In this document: one piece after another, positions 42,004 through 57,493 of the stretch
How positions within the stretch are numbered: the stretch's first letter is position 1
How the letters are laid out: each line of letters opens with the position of its first letter
Source of the DNA: Octopus vulgaris
Lineage: Eukaryota
Reading direction: 5' to 3'
Assembly (NCBI GenBank): GCA_951406725.2
Contig: OX597827.1
Span: 46,872,001-46,936,000 of the forward strand
DNA length: 64,000 nt
The notes under the pieces: generated by a model
Seen by the model: only the letters and a program-made list of their open reading frames with translations
Told to the model about the DNA's origin: nothing
Databases searched by the model: none
Program-made: the position numbers and the translations under genes

Positions 42004-42595
42004 CACAGGCCCCATTATTTAGAGAAGTTCAAGAGAGGAAATGTGATTTATGAAGAGAAGTTACTTAAAGCCATCGGAATTGAAACTGGACGTAGATTTC
42101 AATAATCAGAAAGTATTCTGAGTATTCTACGACACAACCTGGAAAAATAAAACGAATATTTAAAGAAATATAATGTTTAAATTGTCTCTTCACGAATGTA
42201 TTTTGTAGAATGTATTTTGTAGAATATTTAGTGTTTGTAGCCTGGGTAAATACGTACGTACGTACGTACGTACGTATGTATGTATGTATGTATGTATGTA
42301 TGTATGTATGTATGTATGTATGTATGTATGTATGTATGTATGTATGTATGTATGTATGTATGTATGTATGTATCTATGTATGTGTGTATGTATCTAACTA
42401 TGCACCTATTCGCCTAGGTATGTCTAAATGTATATATAAATATATGTACTCATATACATATATGTAAATAGATATATATAAATACATGCAATATATATAT
42501 GTATGTGTAAATATATATATTAATATATATCATATATTGGTATATATTATATCTATATGTCTATATATTTATTGATGTGTATACATATGTACGTG

Positions 42596-42640
<45 letters not shown>

Positions 42641-43434
42641 ATGTGTATACATATATATGTGTGCATGTTTATACACACACATATACATATATGTATAGAG
42701 AGATTTAGATATCTATGTATGAATTGATGTATATACATACATACATTACATCCATCCATACATACATACATATATATATATATACATGGATATATAACAC
42801 ACACACACACACTCACATATGTATATATACATATATATATATACACATAGATATATAGCATATAGATATATACATACATATGTATATGTGTTTATACAGA
42901 CATACGCCAAATAATAGATTCATATCGCCCCACTTAATCCTTTTTACCAACAACTAAAGAGATAAAAACACAAAACAAAACAAAACAAAGACTTCGAATC
43001 AGTTTCTGATTCCAGAGAATCGAATAAATAAAATGAAAAGAAATGAGACAACATGTAAAGGAAACCTTTTTATAAAGGGACAATTGTCATATGTAAGATT
43101 ATATTTTCCCCAGTATCTCTGTGTAAAACATTGAATATATTACACTATATACCTGGACACACACACACAGATACGCACATGTAGACAAATGCATGCATAC
43201 ATACGTACGTGCATGCACACATACATTCATATGTGCTAGTTATTTTTTTTGGCAGCCACAACCTATATATATATGCTAAACAGATACGAACGTGTTACGA
43301 ATGTATGTAGGCTACATGATAACAGGCGATTAAAAGTAATGCTTAAAAACAGACAATAATTTATGGTGTCTAAGCAATCATACTACAATAGTAAGATATT
43401 GATACATAGGCATACACACATACATATATACATA

Positions 43435-43468
<34 letters not shown>

Positions 43469-43704
43469 CGTACTTGTATGCATTGTGAATGATTTGAAAC
43501 GCCTACAAAAATCAATATCACATACACACACAGACACGTACATACGTTCTCCATTATGGCACTGCGAGTCAATCTGTGATGTTTACAAGTTTACATTTGT
43601 TATAAATAGTCTATAGCTATACTTCTCTCTTGGATGTAGAACGACATACACTATTGACATTATTTACATTGGACGGATATGTGTCCTCATCTTGTTTGTT
43701 GTTA

Positions 43705-43750
43705 CCACAACACTTCGGCTGATTTACTCTCCAGCCTTCATCAGGTGTTC
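43705..43750 (-). ncRNA. Hammerhead-like motif (degenerate paralog of 46828)
   Basis: Minus strand cac-CTGATGA-a-ggctg-gagagtaaat-cagcc-GAAG-tgtt-gtg. Confidence 0.55.
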
Positions 43751-43789
43751 TGGTAGAATTTGAACTCAACCCGTGAAGCTCTGTTTGGT

Positions 43790-44110
43790 TATTACATGAA
43801 AATATTTCAGTTGATTGATGTCTTTAAAGCCTCGATCTCATATTTGTTGAAAGTTGAAGTGTTTTCACATGATGCCATAATACAGAAGACTTTATAGAAG
43901 CATTGAGCTCATCCACTTCTGTTCCTCATGGAACAACTGGTAGTGTTTGTCGAAAGTCTCCTGACGATAATACTGTGACATTTTCCATCATGGAATTGCA
44001 ATTTCTAATGTCTTATAATGTTCTGTCAACAGCTTCAAAAGCTAGAGTGGTGAGAACCTCAACAATTGCGATAAAGATATTGCAATCTTGCAAATGCAGC
44101 CGCTTGGAGA
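43790..44110 (-). pseudogene. Helitron RepHel Pif1-helicase fragment
   Basis: AFEAVDRTL*DIRNCNSMMENVTVLSSGDFRQTLPVVP*GTEVDELNASIKSSVLWHHVKTLQLSTNMR contains Pif1 motifs GDFRQxLPV and LxxNMR, with stop codons. Confidence 0.88.
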
Positions 44111-44705
44111 GGTATTTTAGTTATCAACCCCGAAAAAAAAAAAAAAAAAATGAAAATTGATTTCCGTGAGACTAGAACTCAAAACGCTACGACATGGGGT
44201 ACTCTATCGCTCGCCCGGGGATATCCTACTAATCTAAAAATATTTCAGCCAACTGCTACAAAAAAGTTAGAATTAATATTAAAGTGAAGGCAGAATCGTT
44301 ACTGCGCCGGGTAAAATGCTTAGTGGCATTTCGTCCGTCTTTACATTGAGTTCAAATTCCACCGATAAAGTAAGTACCAGTTGAACATTGGAATTGATGT
44401 TATCAACTTATCCCATCCCTCGAAATTGCTGGCACAATACTATTTAGATTTGGGAGAAGTTCTTGCCCTGCTAAACTCTGGGCCCCTTTTATGTTGGAAA
44501 GGTAGTAATTACAGGGAAGGAAAAATAGAATTCTATGAAAAATATATCGGTAATTTTGCGGGATCTTTTCGTATTCTTTTTCGTTTAATACGATTAGGTT
44601 TATGATACGTGACATCGGGAATAGAAAAATTGGTTGTGTGTCGTCAAGTCGAAATTAAAACAATATATACATACATATACATATATACATGTGTGTATGT
44701 ATGTA

Positions 44706-44773
<68 letters not shown>

Positions 44774-44815
44774 CATATATACATACTTACATATACATAT
44801 ATACATGTGTGCATG

Positions 44816-44868
<53 letters not shown>

Positions 44869-45404
44869 TTGTATACACACACGCATACAAATACATACAC
44901 ACACACATATATATATGTAACAATCACAATAACGGCAAGTATCTTTCTTAGAGAATTAAAAGACACAGTATACAATGGAAAGAAATATTGATCTTCCAGT
45001 CTTTATATCACAAATTCAATTTATTTTGAAGACAAAAAAAAATACAAATACAATGAAGCCATACATATATTTATGCAGTAGTAGATGTTGTAGAATACTA
45101 TGAATATATATACATAATTAAATCTCTGTAAGCATGTATATATACATATATACATATATACATATATATCCACACACATATATGTGTGTATATATATATA
45201 TAAGTATATATATAGAAAGACAGACAGACAGAGGTGTCTAAGCACGTGTATATGAATATATATATGTGTGTGTGTATACACACGTATATGCTTATATACA
45301 CATTTGGTATTTGTATCTAATGTATCCATATATATATATGGAAAACAGACATTAAATGATGATGATGATGGTAGACGGAAACTGAAAGAACCCTGTCATG
45401 TGTG

Positions 45405-45759
45405 TGTATGTGGTAAGAAGTTGCTTCCCAACCACATAGTTCTGAGTTCAGTCCCACTGCATGGCACTTTGGGCAAGTGTCTTCTACTATAGCCTTGGAC
45501 CAACCTAAACAGAAACTGAAAGAAGTCCATCGTACATATGTGTGTGTGCATGTGTGTGTGGGTGTGTGTCTTTGTGTCTTGACAAGTGGTGTTGTTGTGT
45601 TTATGCCCCATAACTTAGTGGTTCAGCAAAAGCGACTGACAGAATAAGTACCAGGCTTAAAAAAAGTGCTGGGGTCAATTAATTCAACTAATAATTTTTC
45701 AAGGTGGTGCCCCAGCATGACCGCAGTTTCATGACTGAAACGAATAAAAGATAAAAGAA

Positions 45760-45760
<1 letters not shown>
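45405..45760 (+). mobile_element. SINE family A, diverged
   Basis: gtggtaagaagttgcttcccaaccac..gagttcagtcccactgc..tgactgaaacgaataaaag. Confidence 0.85.
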
Positions 45761-45815
<55 letters not shown>

Positions 45816-46180
45816 ATGTATATATCCAACAATGTGTGTAGACAGGAAGCCTTAGAATACAAACACTGGGTGATATGTTGACAAGGGACAAAAGACACAT
45901 ATGTAGAACCTATATATTGTATTCAAAGGAAATACATTTAGTATGGATTGCGTATTTACCTGTGCGTATTTGCGTGTGCGCGTATCGTATGAGAAAGAGG
46001 AAAAGGAGTGTTTGTTATATCTCTAATATCCTATTATCTGGAACAGTCAACATACAGACACAAATACATAAACACACACGCATGTATATACATATATATA
46101 TATATATAAATAGAGAGATACATACGTATATGTATAAATATATATCATATATATACAAGCAGATAATAATACATACATAC

Positions 46181-46268
<88 letters not shown>

Positions 46269-46444
46269 TGACAGGAACTGTAATCGTTTTTTTAACGACA
46301 TCATTAGAGCTTAGTCACATTTAATATAACAATTATAGTTTTCATTTTTGGTAACACATTGCGCACGTCTGTCTATCTATTTATCTATGTATCTATCTCT
46401 ATCTGTCTGTCTGTTTGTCTGTCTGTATGTATGTATATGTATAC

Positions 46445-46504
<60 letters not shown>

Positions 46505-46632
46505 GTGAAGATGTTTATGCAGAGTATATTTAAATAAGATTAAAGCACTAAACAGTCTTGCCACTATACGTAGATGCGATTATGTAAATTACGTAATGTG
46601 ATTGTTTGTGTCTGAGTGTTTGTGTGTGTGTG

Positions 46633-46697
46633 TGAAGAAGAAGAAGAAGAAGAAGAAGAAGAAGAAGAAGAAGAAGAAGAAGAAGAAGAAGAAGAAG

Positions 46698-46726
<29 letters not shown>
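46633..46726. repeat. (GAA)n microsatellite
   Basis: Seen directly; source of the poly-K and poly-F ORFs. Confidence 0.98.
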
Positions 46727-46728
<2 letters not shown>

Positions 46729-46827
46729 GTCTGCTTAGTATTACTACTGTTCTATATTTTAGAGATGAGGAATTCTGTTCATTATTTACATTGGACAAAT
46801 ACATGTCCTCATTTTGTTTTTTGTTAC

Positions 46828-46870
46828 CACAACGTTTCGGCTGATTTACTCTCCAGCCATCATCAGGTGT
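46828..46870 (-). ncRNA. Minimal hammerhead ribozyme motif
   Basis: Minus strand cac-CTGATGA-t-ggctg-gagagtaaat-cagcc-GAAA-cgtt-gtg. Confidence 0.7.
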
Positions 46871-47159
46871 CCTGGTAGAATTATTTCTACTTCAATTATT
46901 ACATGTTTTTCTCTTATAGAAATATCATATCATTGTCATTACTGTATAGATAAATAAAATAATACATACAACCCACTTATTATTGTCATATCATAAAGAA
47001 ACACAAGTTCATGTATGATATTCATCTTTCTTCTACTTTAATTATTACATGGTTTGTCTTCTAAAAATACACACAGTCAGGAGTAAATTATACATATAAT
47101 ACTTTCAATGTGGTCACGATAAACAGTAAAAGAAATTACTGGATCAACGAAAGGGGTTT

Positions 47160-47340
47160 TTAGATCGTTAACCACTACACACATTTTAATTCTCTCCTTG
47201 TTTTTTTCTGTGTCCCTTTCTGTAGAAGAGTGTAGGCTCGAAACTTAAAAATATTTTACTATTCCTGAGCGTTATACTAATACATCTGTTTGTTTTGTAC
47301 ACCACCTGTCTTCGTCTTTTGTATTTTTCGTAAACTCTCA
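47160..47340 (+). mobile_element. Penelope-like pseudo-LTR fragment with hammerhead-like motif at 47216-47252
   Basis: cttt-CTGTAGAA-gagt-gtag-gctc-GAAA; same family as 29270-29605. Confidence 0.6.
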
Positions 47341-47792
47341 TAAATGTTTCATAAAAAAAAATAATTTACAAATGTCACTAAATGTGACTAGGTTGTTAGG
47401 AAACAACTACATTCCTAGAAATAAGAGCTAAACCGCTCTGGTGCTGTAGTCAACGTACATGAATGAAAGCATATGCACTAACAGGGATCATAATGTCCGA
47501 AAAGTGCCGATCGAGAATTCGTAATACTAACGCGTCAGTTTCGGCAATTTTCGTTGCCTCATCATTTAAGACAGCTTGAATGTTCGGCCCTTTCCGGACT
47601 CCTTTCACCATTAGTATATATATTTTCGTCATCCAAATAATTGGATAATTTAGCGATTCTCTTATGTATGTGTATAAATTTAATATAAACAACTGTTTGG
47701 AATGTTTCACCAAATAAGGCGAATTATAAATGTTAGAAAATGTAACTACAATGTTAGGAAACACCTGCATTTCTAGAAAGTATTAAACGGCT

Positions 47793-47833
<41 letters not shown>

Positions 47834-47878
47834 ATGTGTATAATATATATATATTTGTATGTATAATAAGTGCATATA

Positions 47879-47909
<31 letters not shown>

Positions 47910-47955
47910 TGTATGTATGTATGTATGTATGTATGTATGTATGTGTATATATATA

Positions 47956-48295
47956 AAGTCAAGGTAGAAAATGCTAAAATAATATTATACAAAAACATTT
48001 CAGTACCGGTTTCAGTCATTGTAACTTTTTAACTGTAAGTATGGAAAACAATTAAATTTTGGACACAACGGCCTCGAACCCACAAGAGTAAACAAAAGAG
48101 AGGAAGAGACAGACAGAAACAAGGAAAATACCCCTTGTATTTGAATACTATACAAATATTCTTTAAAAAAATTTTTCTTTTGATTCTTCCAAAATTTAAT
48201 TGTTTTCCATACTTACAGTTGAAAAAGTTTCAATGCCTGAAACCGGTACTGAAATGATTTTTATAAAATTATTTTAGCCTTTTCTACCTTGACTT
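47956..48295. repeat. ~108-bp inverted repeat pair (47956-48063 / 48188-48295), Penelope-like with decayed hammerhead motif
   Basis: Arms are diverged reverse complements; the right arm has cag-ttgaaaa-agtttcaatgcct-GAAA-ccggt-a-ctg (palindromic accggt stem III, cag/ctg stem I). Confidence 0.8.
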
Positions 48296-48364
48296 GTTTA
48301 CATATATATCAACTCGTGTGTTCTTTTTCAACCTTCTACACACACACACACACACACACATACA

Positions 48365-48429
<65 letters not shown>

Positions 48430-48439
48430 GAGTGTGTGT

Positions 48440-48670
48440 CAGTGAGTGTTTGTGTGTTTTTGCGTCTGCATGTCCCTCACTATCGCTTGACAACTGGGGT
48501 TGGTGTGCTTATCTCCTCGTAACGGAGCAGTTCAGTAAAAGAGACCGATAGAGTAAGTACCCTGTTTAGAAAATAATAAGTACTATGCTCAATTCATTCG
48601 ACTAAAAAAATCCTTCGAGGCTGTGCCCCAGCATGGTCGCAGTGTAATGACTGAAGTAAGAGATAAAAGC
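48440..48670 (+). mobile_element. SINE family A 3' half, diverged
   Basis: tcgcttgacaac..aaaagagaccgatagagtaagtac..cagcatggtcgcagt. Confidence 0.75.
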
Positions 48671-49179
48671 TAAAACTAAGCGATAAAAGCGTCAAGTTTA
48701 CTTCCTAACCTCATCGACTTCACAGGGGTCCAAGAAAAACAACAACAAAAAAAGCAAAAACAAAATAAAAAAACAAGCAAACAAATAGAAAATAACCTCA
48801 AACTCAAAAGGTACTGTTTCTTTTGAATTTCGCAATAACAACAATAAAAACTACAATATAAACAACATATTTCAAACTTAGGTGTTACGAACTCAGAACG
48901 AGTAAACATTTCTAATATTGGCGCGATGCCAGAAAATAGAAGAAAATTGTCTGCGCAGAAATTAACAGCTTACGTTATTGATTCTGTAATGACGATCATT
49001 AAACATTAAAAGACACATGAATACAGAAAGTTTCCAAAGGTCAGGCGGAGTGGGTTCGGTTTATTTAAACTTTGACATTAGGCATTTAAACATTTGCTTC
49101 ACCGTAAACATATGTTTGCTGACTGAATGTGTTTACATTTTGAAAAATTTCATAACTCGTTGCGCCAAAATATAGATAT

Positions 49180-49297
49180 ATCACCGTGATTACCGTGACC
49201 GACCAGGCTATCAGATGTTGCTACACATCGCTGGTCACAATGCGCTTAACATTGTTTTAGCCTTCAAATGACGCCACCCCGCTGGCTAAGCGACCAG

Positions 49298-49301
<4 letters not shown>
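49180..49301 (-). mobile_element. ~120-bp structured mini-repeat beside (TA)n, copy 2
   Basis: Colinear with 24304-24423. Confidence 0.7.
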
Positions 49302-49338
<37 letters not shown>

Positions 49339-49501
49339 GAGTGCAAATGGCTTTTTTTACGGTGCCGTATTTTACGATCCTGTAAATAATGATAATGGTA
49401 TTTTAATATAAGCTTATAGCTTATGCCGATCACCGTACAATGACTAAGGAAAATAGTCTAGTAAAGGGGCATATAATCCCTCGACAGAAAAAAGAAGTCT
49501 A

Positions 49502-49537
<36 letters not shown>

Positions 49538-49550
49538 CGTATGTATGTGT

Positions 49551-49626
<76 letters not shown>

Positions 49627-49881
49627 TATATATATTCTTTATTTGTGAATTAAGGCTACCATTGATTTCATGTGAAGAAGAGTAGAAAATATTTTAGTAT
49701 CTTAAAATTTCAATCAAAGATACTAAGATATTTTCATACACTTCATAAAATGAAACCAATGATAGTCTTAATTCACAAATAAAGAAATTATATATCCACC
49801 GATGCGGTGTGGAGTACTTGATCTATCATTCTGCATTTGCATATACATACATACATACATACATACATACATACATGCACG

Positions 49882-49961
<80 letters not shown>

Positions 49962-51394
49962 TACACAGACATGACAGAAGTAAATAGACACACCATAAAA
50001 CATAAAACATCGTTTTATGTTGATTCTAACTTGTAAATGTTTATATATATATATTTTTTTTTTTAATTGGTATTTTTATGTTTCAGGTTCTCTATATGAC
50101 TGTTTAATCATGCCATATGCATGTGGATCATTCTGAAGGTGGACGTAGTCAGCGGAAAATCGCAGAAAACCTTGGGATACAGATCTAGTCGCAAATCATT
50201 AATGAAATCTGCTTTTAAAAAGATAGCTTCCAAGCTGCATTTCCCGTTTTCAGTGCCGTGTATATTTATCAAATTAGTTTGACTCGAGAGTCCATAACAG
50301 CGTGAGGCATATACATGTAGTAATATCCCTTAATATAATGAATGTATTTATATTTAAAAGGGAAAATTATATATTTTGTATTAATTTTTTCCTCAACTGG
50401 TTTTTCACGCTGGCTACTTCATAAATTCTTATATAGATGTTATCTTTATATATTACACACACACACACACACGCGCGCACACATATATGTGTATGTATAT
50501 CTATCTGTCTATCTGTCAGTCTGTCTCTCTATCTATCTATACACATACATACATGCATATAACTTCATATATATGCTGCGTGATCTTCGAGTAACCATGA
50601 CATTCGGAGCAGCAACAACGAGTATATATTACATTCGAATTCCTCTTGATTACTTTTTCTCTTCCTTATGGTTCCAAACGTCTTCCTTTCTCTCTTCCTT
50701 TCTCTTACCTCCTCCACAATTATATAATAGATAATTATATATTTTTTCGGTTTATATATTCCATCTCCGAATCCGTGCAACATCCTTTCTAATAACGCCT
50801 TTTTGTTGCATAGCAACTGATCATTTAAATCGTTTCAAAGTCATTGGAAGAAAAATTCGAGACAAATCAACACTGCCACCGTCGCCATGTTTTCTTTAGT
50901 GAAGAAAAACATCGACTTTTGTTCATCAAAGATAAATGATTAATCGTATTTGTTTTATTTGACTTTAATTATCTCATTCTGTTTAGTAATTAGAAGCCTT
51001 AATCTAGAAAGAGTGAAAGAATATAAGAAAGAAAATTTGAATTTAATATGAAGAAGGGAATGCTAATTTATAAAGGAGAATATATTTCTTTTTTTCTTCA
51101 TAAGTTATTAATTAAAGCAATATCAGTAGATTACTGTCAAATTATCATATAAATGTACACAAGCTCGAGGCCCTTGACGGGTGAAAATGAAAATGAATTG
51201 GTCCCAACAGATTTCATTAAGAATACTGAGGATCAGTGATCATTAATAATAAAAAAAAAATGAAAAACCAAGGAGAGAGATAAATAGAAAGAGTCACGTA
51301 TAAGAATCTGGTCTGCTTCCTTGGAAAATTAAAATATGAAGTTGTGGCGGGAATGCTTTTCTATAATTTAGTTAGTTTATACATAATGATATAT

Positions 51395-51622
51395 ATTTCT
51401 TTACTACCCACAAGGGGCTAAACACAGATGGGACAAATAAGGACAGACAAACGGATTAAGTCGGTTACGTCGACCCCAGTGCGTAACTGGTACTTAATTT
51501 ATCGATCCCGAGAGGATGAAAGGCAAAGTCGACCTCGGCGGAATTTGAACCCAGAACGTAACGGCAGACGAAATACGGCTACGCATTTCGCCCGGCGTGC
51601 TAACGTTTCTGCCAGCTCGCCT
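51395..51622 (-). mobile_element. SINE family B
   Basis: Matches 7302-7535. Confidence 0.9.
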
Positions 51623-52059
51623 TTTTACATAATGATATACTGAAGTTGAGACGTTCAAAGAAGTTCAGCATGCGTTCGAATCCTGCTGAGCTCTGTTTAG
51701 ATTTTTGTCTCAAAGGAAATAATAGACAAACGTATAATAAAACGCATGCTATTGGTGACCCTTTCGCTTTTTAGAAGTAATATGTCCTTAGAAAATATAA
51801 CCTCAACTGGCCCTTAAAAAGTAATTCAGGCGTTAGGGAAATTTAGCTGCTATTAATGGAAAGTCGGGCAACCATGTAGAAGCACTTCTTTTGATCGAAC
51901 ATCTATTAGTTTCGTACTGGGGTTGGTTAAGCTGTGCCCCCAAAGATCTGGAAGTTTTTGCTCATACAAAAAATTATCATTGATATCCAGACGAACCTTT
52001 GCAAAACAATTGAGTAAAGTAATCTTTTGTGTTTTCTCGTAGACTTGGAGGGTGACCGA

Positions 52060-52134
<75 letters not shown>

Positions 52135-52283
52135 TTCTCTCTCTCTCCTTATCTTTGTCTCTATAAAATCTTTCTCTTTCCTGATTTCTTTCTCACTCTC
52201 ACCTCTCTTCCTCGTTATCTCTTTCTCTCACTCTCTATTTGTCTGTCTATCTGTATAATGATCTATCTTTTTCTCTATCTATC

Positions 52284-52648
52284 TCCGTCGGTTATGACGA
52301 CGAGGGTTCCAGCTGATCCGATCAACAGAACAGCCTGCTCGTGAAATTAACGTGCAAGTGGCTGAGCACTCCACAGACACGTATACCCTTAACTTATCTC
52401 TCAGGGAGATTCTACGTGACACAGAGTGTGACAAAGCTGGCCCTTTGAAATACAGATACAACAGAAACAAGAATGAAAGTTGTGGTGAAAGAGTACAGCA
52501 GAGTTCGCCACAGACCCCTGCCAGATCCGTGTGAAAATTTAGGTGTTTTCGCTCAATAAACACTCACAACGTCCAGTCAGGGAATCGAAATTGCAATCCT
52601 AAGACCACGTGTCCGCTGCCCTAACCACTGGGTCATTGAGTCTCCACA
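52284..52648 (-). mobile_element. SINE family C
   Basis: Reverse complement of 7967-8334. Confidence 0.88.
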
Positions 52649-53095
52649 TCTATCTATAGATCTAGTTATCTATCAGCAACTCTTTTTCATATCTAGAAAT
52701 ACACACACGCACACACATATACATACACATATGCAAGTACACTTACAAGATAAACAGGATCATACACCAACGCCTAAAATTTTCGTTCAGCTAGCAGTTT
52801 TGTATAGATTACCATAGAGTTCTCAACGAGTTGAAAGGAATCTTTTCAATCCCTCGCATGAATATACCAAATACAGTAAAGCCAAAACAACAACATATAT
52901 CTTCTTACACGAAATCTTTATTTTTGGATAGTTATTCTGTTTACTTTGTAAACGTTATATACACACACATTACACGAATGAAATATGAGAGATTGCGGAG
53001 TACTTTTATGATTTCGTGTCACTATATCACAAGCGCAATACATTCACACGCATATACCCGTATATACAGTCATACATACGTATATACACATATTC

Positions 53096-53148
<53 letters not shown>

Positions 53149-53420
53149 TACATATATATATGCACATACATATATGCAAGAATATGAAAAGATACATTCA
53201 TATATATGTGTAAATATGTATACACAAACACACACACCACATACACATCGGCAGAAAATTTAGAAAAGTAATGAAGTTCCGAGGACTTCCTACAAAGCGC
53301 TTATCATGTCAAGGGAAAAAATATATACTCATGTATTAGGTTCCATTTCTCCTGTTTGTTCCTCCAAACCTATGTATTCATAATAACTGCCTGTCTGTCT
53401 GTCTGTCTGTCCGTCAGTCC

Positions 53421-53513
<93 letters not shown>

Positions 53514-53647
53514 ACTACCTACCTATCTATCTATCTATCTATCTATCTATCTCTCTATCTATCTATCTATCTATCCATCCATCCATCCATCCATCCATCA
53601 ATCCACCTACCTACCTACTTACCTACCTACGCTTGCTTTTCATGTGA

Positions 53648-53719
<72 letters not shown>

Positions 53720-53870
53720 CAATATAATATTAAGCCGAAAGATTCCTCAACAGTAGTAGAATACTTGTTTATTAAAGCTTTACAAGCAAAAAGTTGGTGC
53801 AGCTTCCTCCTCACCTTCTTCAGACTGTCACAGGGAACCGTAACATTGAAGTCACAATCAAAAGTTTGCT

Positions 53871-54020
<150 letters not shown>

Positions 54021-54131
54021 TGCATATATATATATATTTGTATGTATATATATCTTTATATATATATAGACAGGTGATGTAGAAAACAAACAGATGTATT
54101 AGTATAACGCCCAGGAATTGAGAAAGTCTTT

Positions 54132-54192
<61 letters not shown>

Positions 54193-54401
54193 GTCTGTCT
54201 GTCTGTTTATCTGTCTATATAAACACTTTTATACTATATTTGCTTTCCTGAGCTTCAGTGAAGTCTCTGGTACACTCTAAAATGTGAGTATGGACGAGAT
54301 ATAAGTTGCAACTTTCATGACTTAACTTCGATTAATATATCATAATAGCGATTAGTTAAATTCTTCACAAACTATAAACAAGTTGCTAATGTCTATGATT
54401 T

Positions 54402-54630
54402 GGAGGCGCGTGGCTTAGTAGCTAGGGTGGTGGACACACGATCGTAAGATTGTGGTTTCGATTCTTGGACAGGGCAATGCGGTGAGTAAAACACTTCTTT
54501 TCGCATTGCTCCAGACCACTCTGCCAGAAAAAAATGAGTAACTCTGTGACAGACTACCGTCACATCCAGCTGAGGAATATGTGGGTTACGGAAACTGAAA
54601 ATCGGACCTATGAGTCCTGGGAAGGATCTT
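54402..54630 (+). mobile_element. Degraded tRNA-SINE (family D-like)
   Basis: ggaggcgcgtggcttagtag..ggtttcgattc..acactt..ttgctccag. Confidence 0.6.
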
Positions 54631-55678
54631 TATTATTCATTTTTAATGTCTATGATATTTGGCAATATGAATATCAATTTAAGGCAGCAAATAGAAGCGC
54701 GCTGACCGAGCACAAATCAGAACGCCTCCATTGTGTGGGCAGTTACTTGAATAGAGTATGCTGCTATCGCTGAATGAATGGCAAATTCTCTTGTAAAAAT
54801 AAGTTTTTATCTTTCAGAAATAGCAGAAACAATTTATAGTACTTAATTTGAGAAGACAGAATGACCAGTACATTATTGCATAATCGATAAAGTAGTCATC
54901 TTACAGGAAATCAATGCATGCTCAGTGTTTCCCGTGAGTGGGTCTGTTGATTAAAAACAATAACAGAAGTAAACATTTTCATGAATATAGTGTATAAACT
55001 ATTTATATCATTCGCCTGTTTAGATACTGTTACTGTCAAATAATGGATGATTTAAACACAGAGGCAATCCCAATCAAAGTTTGGGGCTGTCAAATTTAAT
55101 ATTCTTTTTCAAGGAATTTTGAAATAAAAATTTTTGTTTTATGTAGCGAGTCCAGTAGCCATCTAACGCTTTTAAATAGCTCTTTTCTCGTGGGAAGTTA
55201 GCACTCATAATAACTGTTTTATTTAGCAAAATTGTTCTCGTACAGAATTGAGAGAGATCATTAATATTTTATTTCTCATGTAAGTATGTTTTGAATTTTC
55301 TTGTAGAAAATGCGAAATAAAATACATCACTATTAATTTGCGATGGGTTTTCATGAAATCTCTCAATCTTAAACCGGAACTAGCCGCATGTAAGTAGAAA
55401 ACTAAGTATTTTATTTTAGTATTTTTTTTTGCAGAAAAAACGAAATATTATTTACTTTGTTCTTGGTTTAAACTTTCAACTTTTGACCGCAAATAGAAAC
55501 AGGTAAATAGCCATGATTGTTTTTGTGTTTTGTTAGGGAAAATACGAAATAAAATAATTCCATAGTTATTTTGAAATTTCTTATTGAATATAGAATAGAC
55601 AAACATTTAATTTAGACCAGGTGCAGAAACAGGTAAATGGCTATCTCTGATCCATTGCAAGAGAGTGAAAGAAAGAGC

Positions 55679-55754
<76 letters not shown>

Positions 55755-55779
55755 AAAAATACATTTGGCTCTTTGAGGG

Positions 55780-55955
55780 AGTGGGGCCAAACGATTAAAT
55801 CGACCCCAGTACGCAACTATTACTTAATTTATCGACCCTGAAAGGATGAAAGGCAAAGTCGACCTCGGCGGAATTTGAACTTAGAGCGTAGCGGCAGGCG
55901 AAATACCGCTAAGCATTTCGTTCGGTGTGCTAAAAACTCTACCATCTCGTCGCCC
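55780..55955 (-). mobile_element. SINE family B, partial
   Basis: tcgaccctgaaaggatgaaaggcaaagtcgacctcggcggaatttgaac. Confidence 0.85.
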
Positions 55956-56934
55956 TACATTTGGCTAAACTGTTTTATAGGTTTCTTTTTTTATTCTCTC
56001 CAGTTTGCAACTCACTATATTCCATTATCTGATGATCTCAGCAAGCAATATTTTATGGGGGATCAGCGTTTGATGTTATTGAGGAATGCAGACACTAGAC
56101 ATATCAACAATGTGGATCTCAAACCTGCGTCCCCTGTACCTCTTCCCCATCGAAATTTCGTGACAATTGACTGCATGAATGAGTGGATGAGTGATTAGTT
56201 AAACTTCCGTTTACACTGATTGCTTGAGAGGATAACTTAGCATTAAGTATGGTATGTGAGATGCATTATAAAGATAACGTAAATTAGTCTTTGCACTTTA
56301 GGTTTTGTATTCATCGTCAGTCGGTAGAAAAAAAAGATAAATTATAAAAGATAAATTATAATAATTTTCTTTTATCAGTTTACGAACTGTAAATTTATCC
56401 CACCATCATGTCGCAGAAGAGAAAGTGGTATCCTTATGATGTGAAATTAAAGCGAAAAGTAATGCGCCATTCCAAGCAAATTCAAAGCGCGCGACCAAAC
56501 GGAAGAGACTGACGATCAAAGAAAGACAAACACAGAAACGGCTCGTTTCACTTTGTGTAAAAACTAAGAACAGTTTTGGCTCCACTTAACGAAACAGAAA
56601 GTAAAGTGGTGGAATAGATTCTCGAACTTCGATTCAATAGGTTATACTGTAACACGTGCAACTACTCGGCTTCCATTTCTGCAAATTACCAAAGAAAAAG
56701 AAAGTGCAACGCAGCGAATTTACAACGTGAACCTGCTGACGCTGTCGTTTTTATGAAGCGCTATGATTTCTAACCTCGTCTTAAAACGGGGTCAAAGTAA
56801 AATACCCCAGATTAAGGGAGGGAGGGGATTCCATCTAATTTGTGAATATATATATATATATAAATATGTATATAAATATGTATGTATATATATATATATA
56901 TATATGTACGTGTATATATATATATATACAAATA

Positions 56935-57022
<88 letters not shown>

Positions 57023-57226
57023 CACACACACACACACACAAACACACAAACATATATAGATATGCTTCTACATACGTATACACACACACGCATATATATA
57101 TTCGCACATACATATATCGATTTCCGAAGTGGAAACTAATTGCTTTCTTATTCAGTTTTTGCAATATTTATTATCTGTCCACCTGTAATCGATTAAATCA
57201 GAGTTAGTAAGACGCAAGGAATTGGG

Positions 57227-57257
<31 letters not shown>

Positions 57258-57404
57258 CATACATACATACATACATACATACATACATACATACATGCTC
57301 ACATATATACATACATATATGTAAGCATATATAGGTTTATAGATGCATACATAAATACTCATCCATACATATATACATATGTATTTATACACACAAAAAT
57401 ATAC

Positions 57405-57493
<89 letters not shown>

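Noticed and set aside
54907-54933. 27-nt in-frame microexon (ttacag|...|gtgagt)
   Set aside because: Weak polypyrimidine tract and no corroborating evidence.
56440-56800. CpG-richer unique segment as a promoter or exon
   Set aside because: No diagnostic motif or meaningful ORF.
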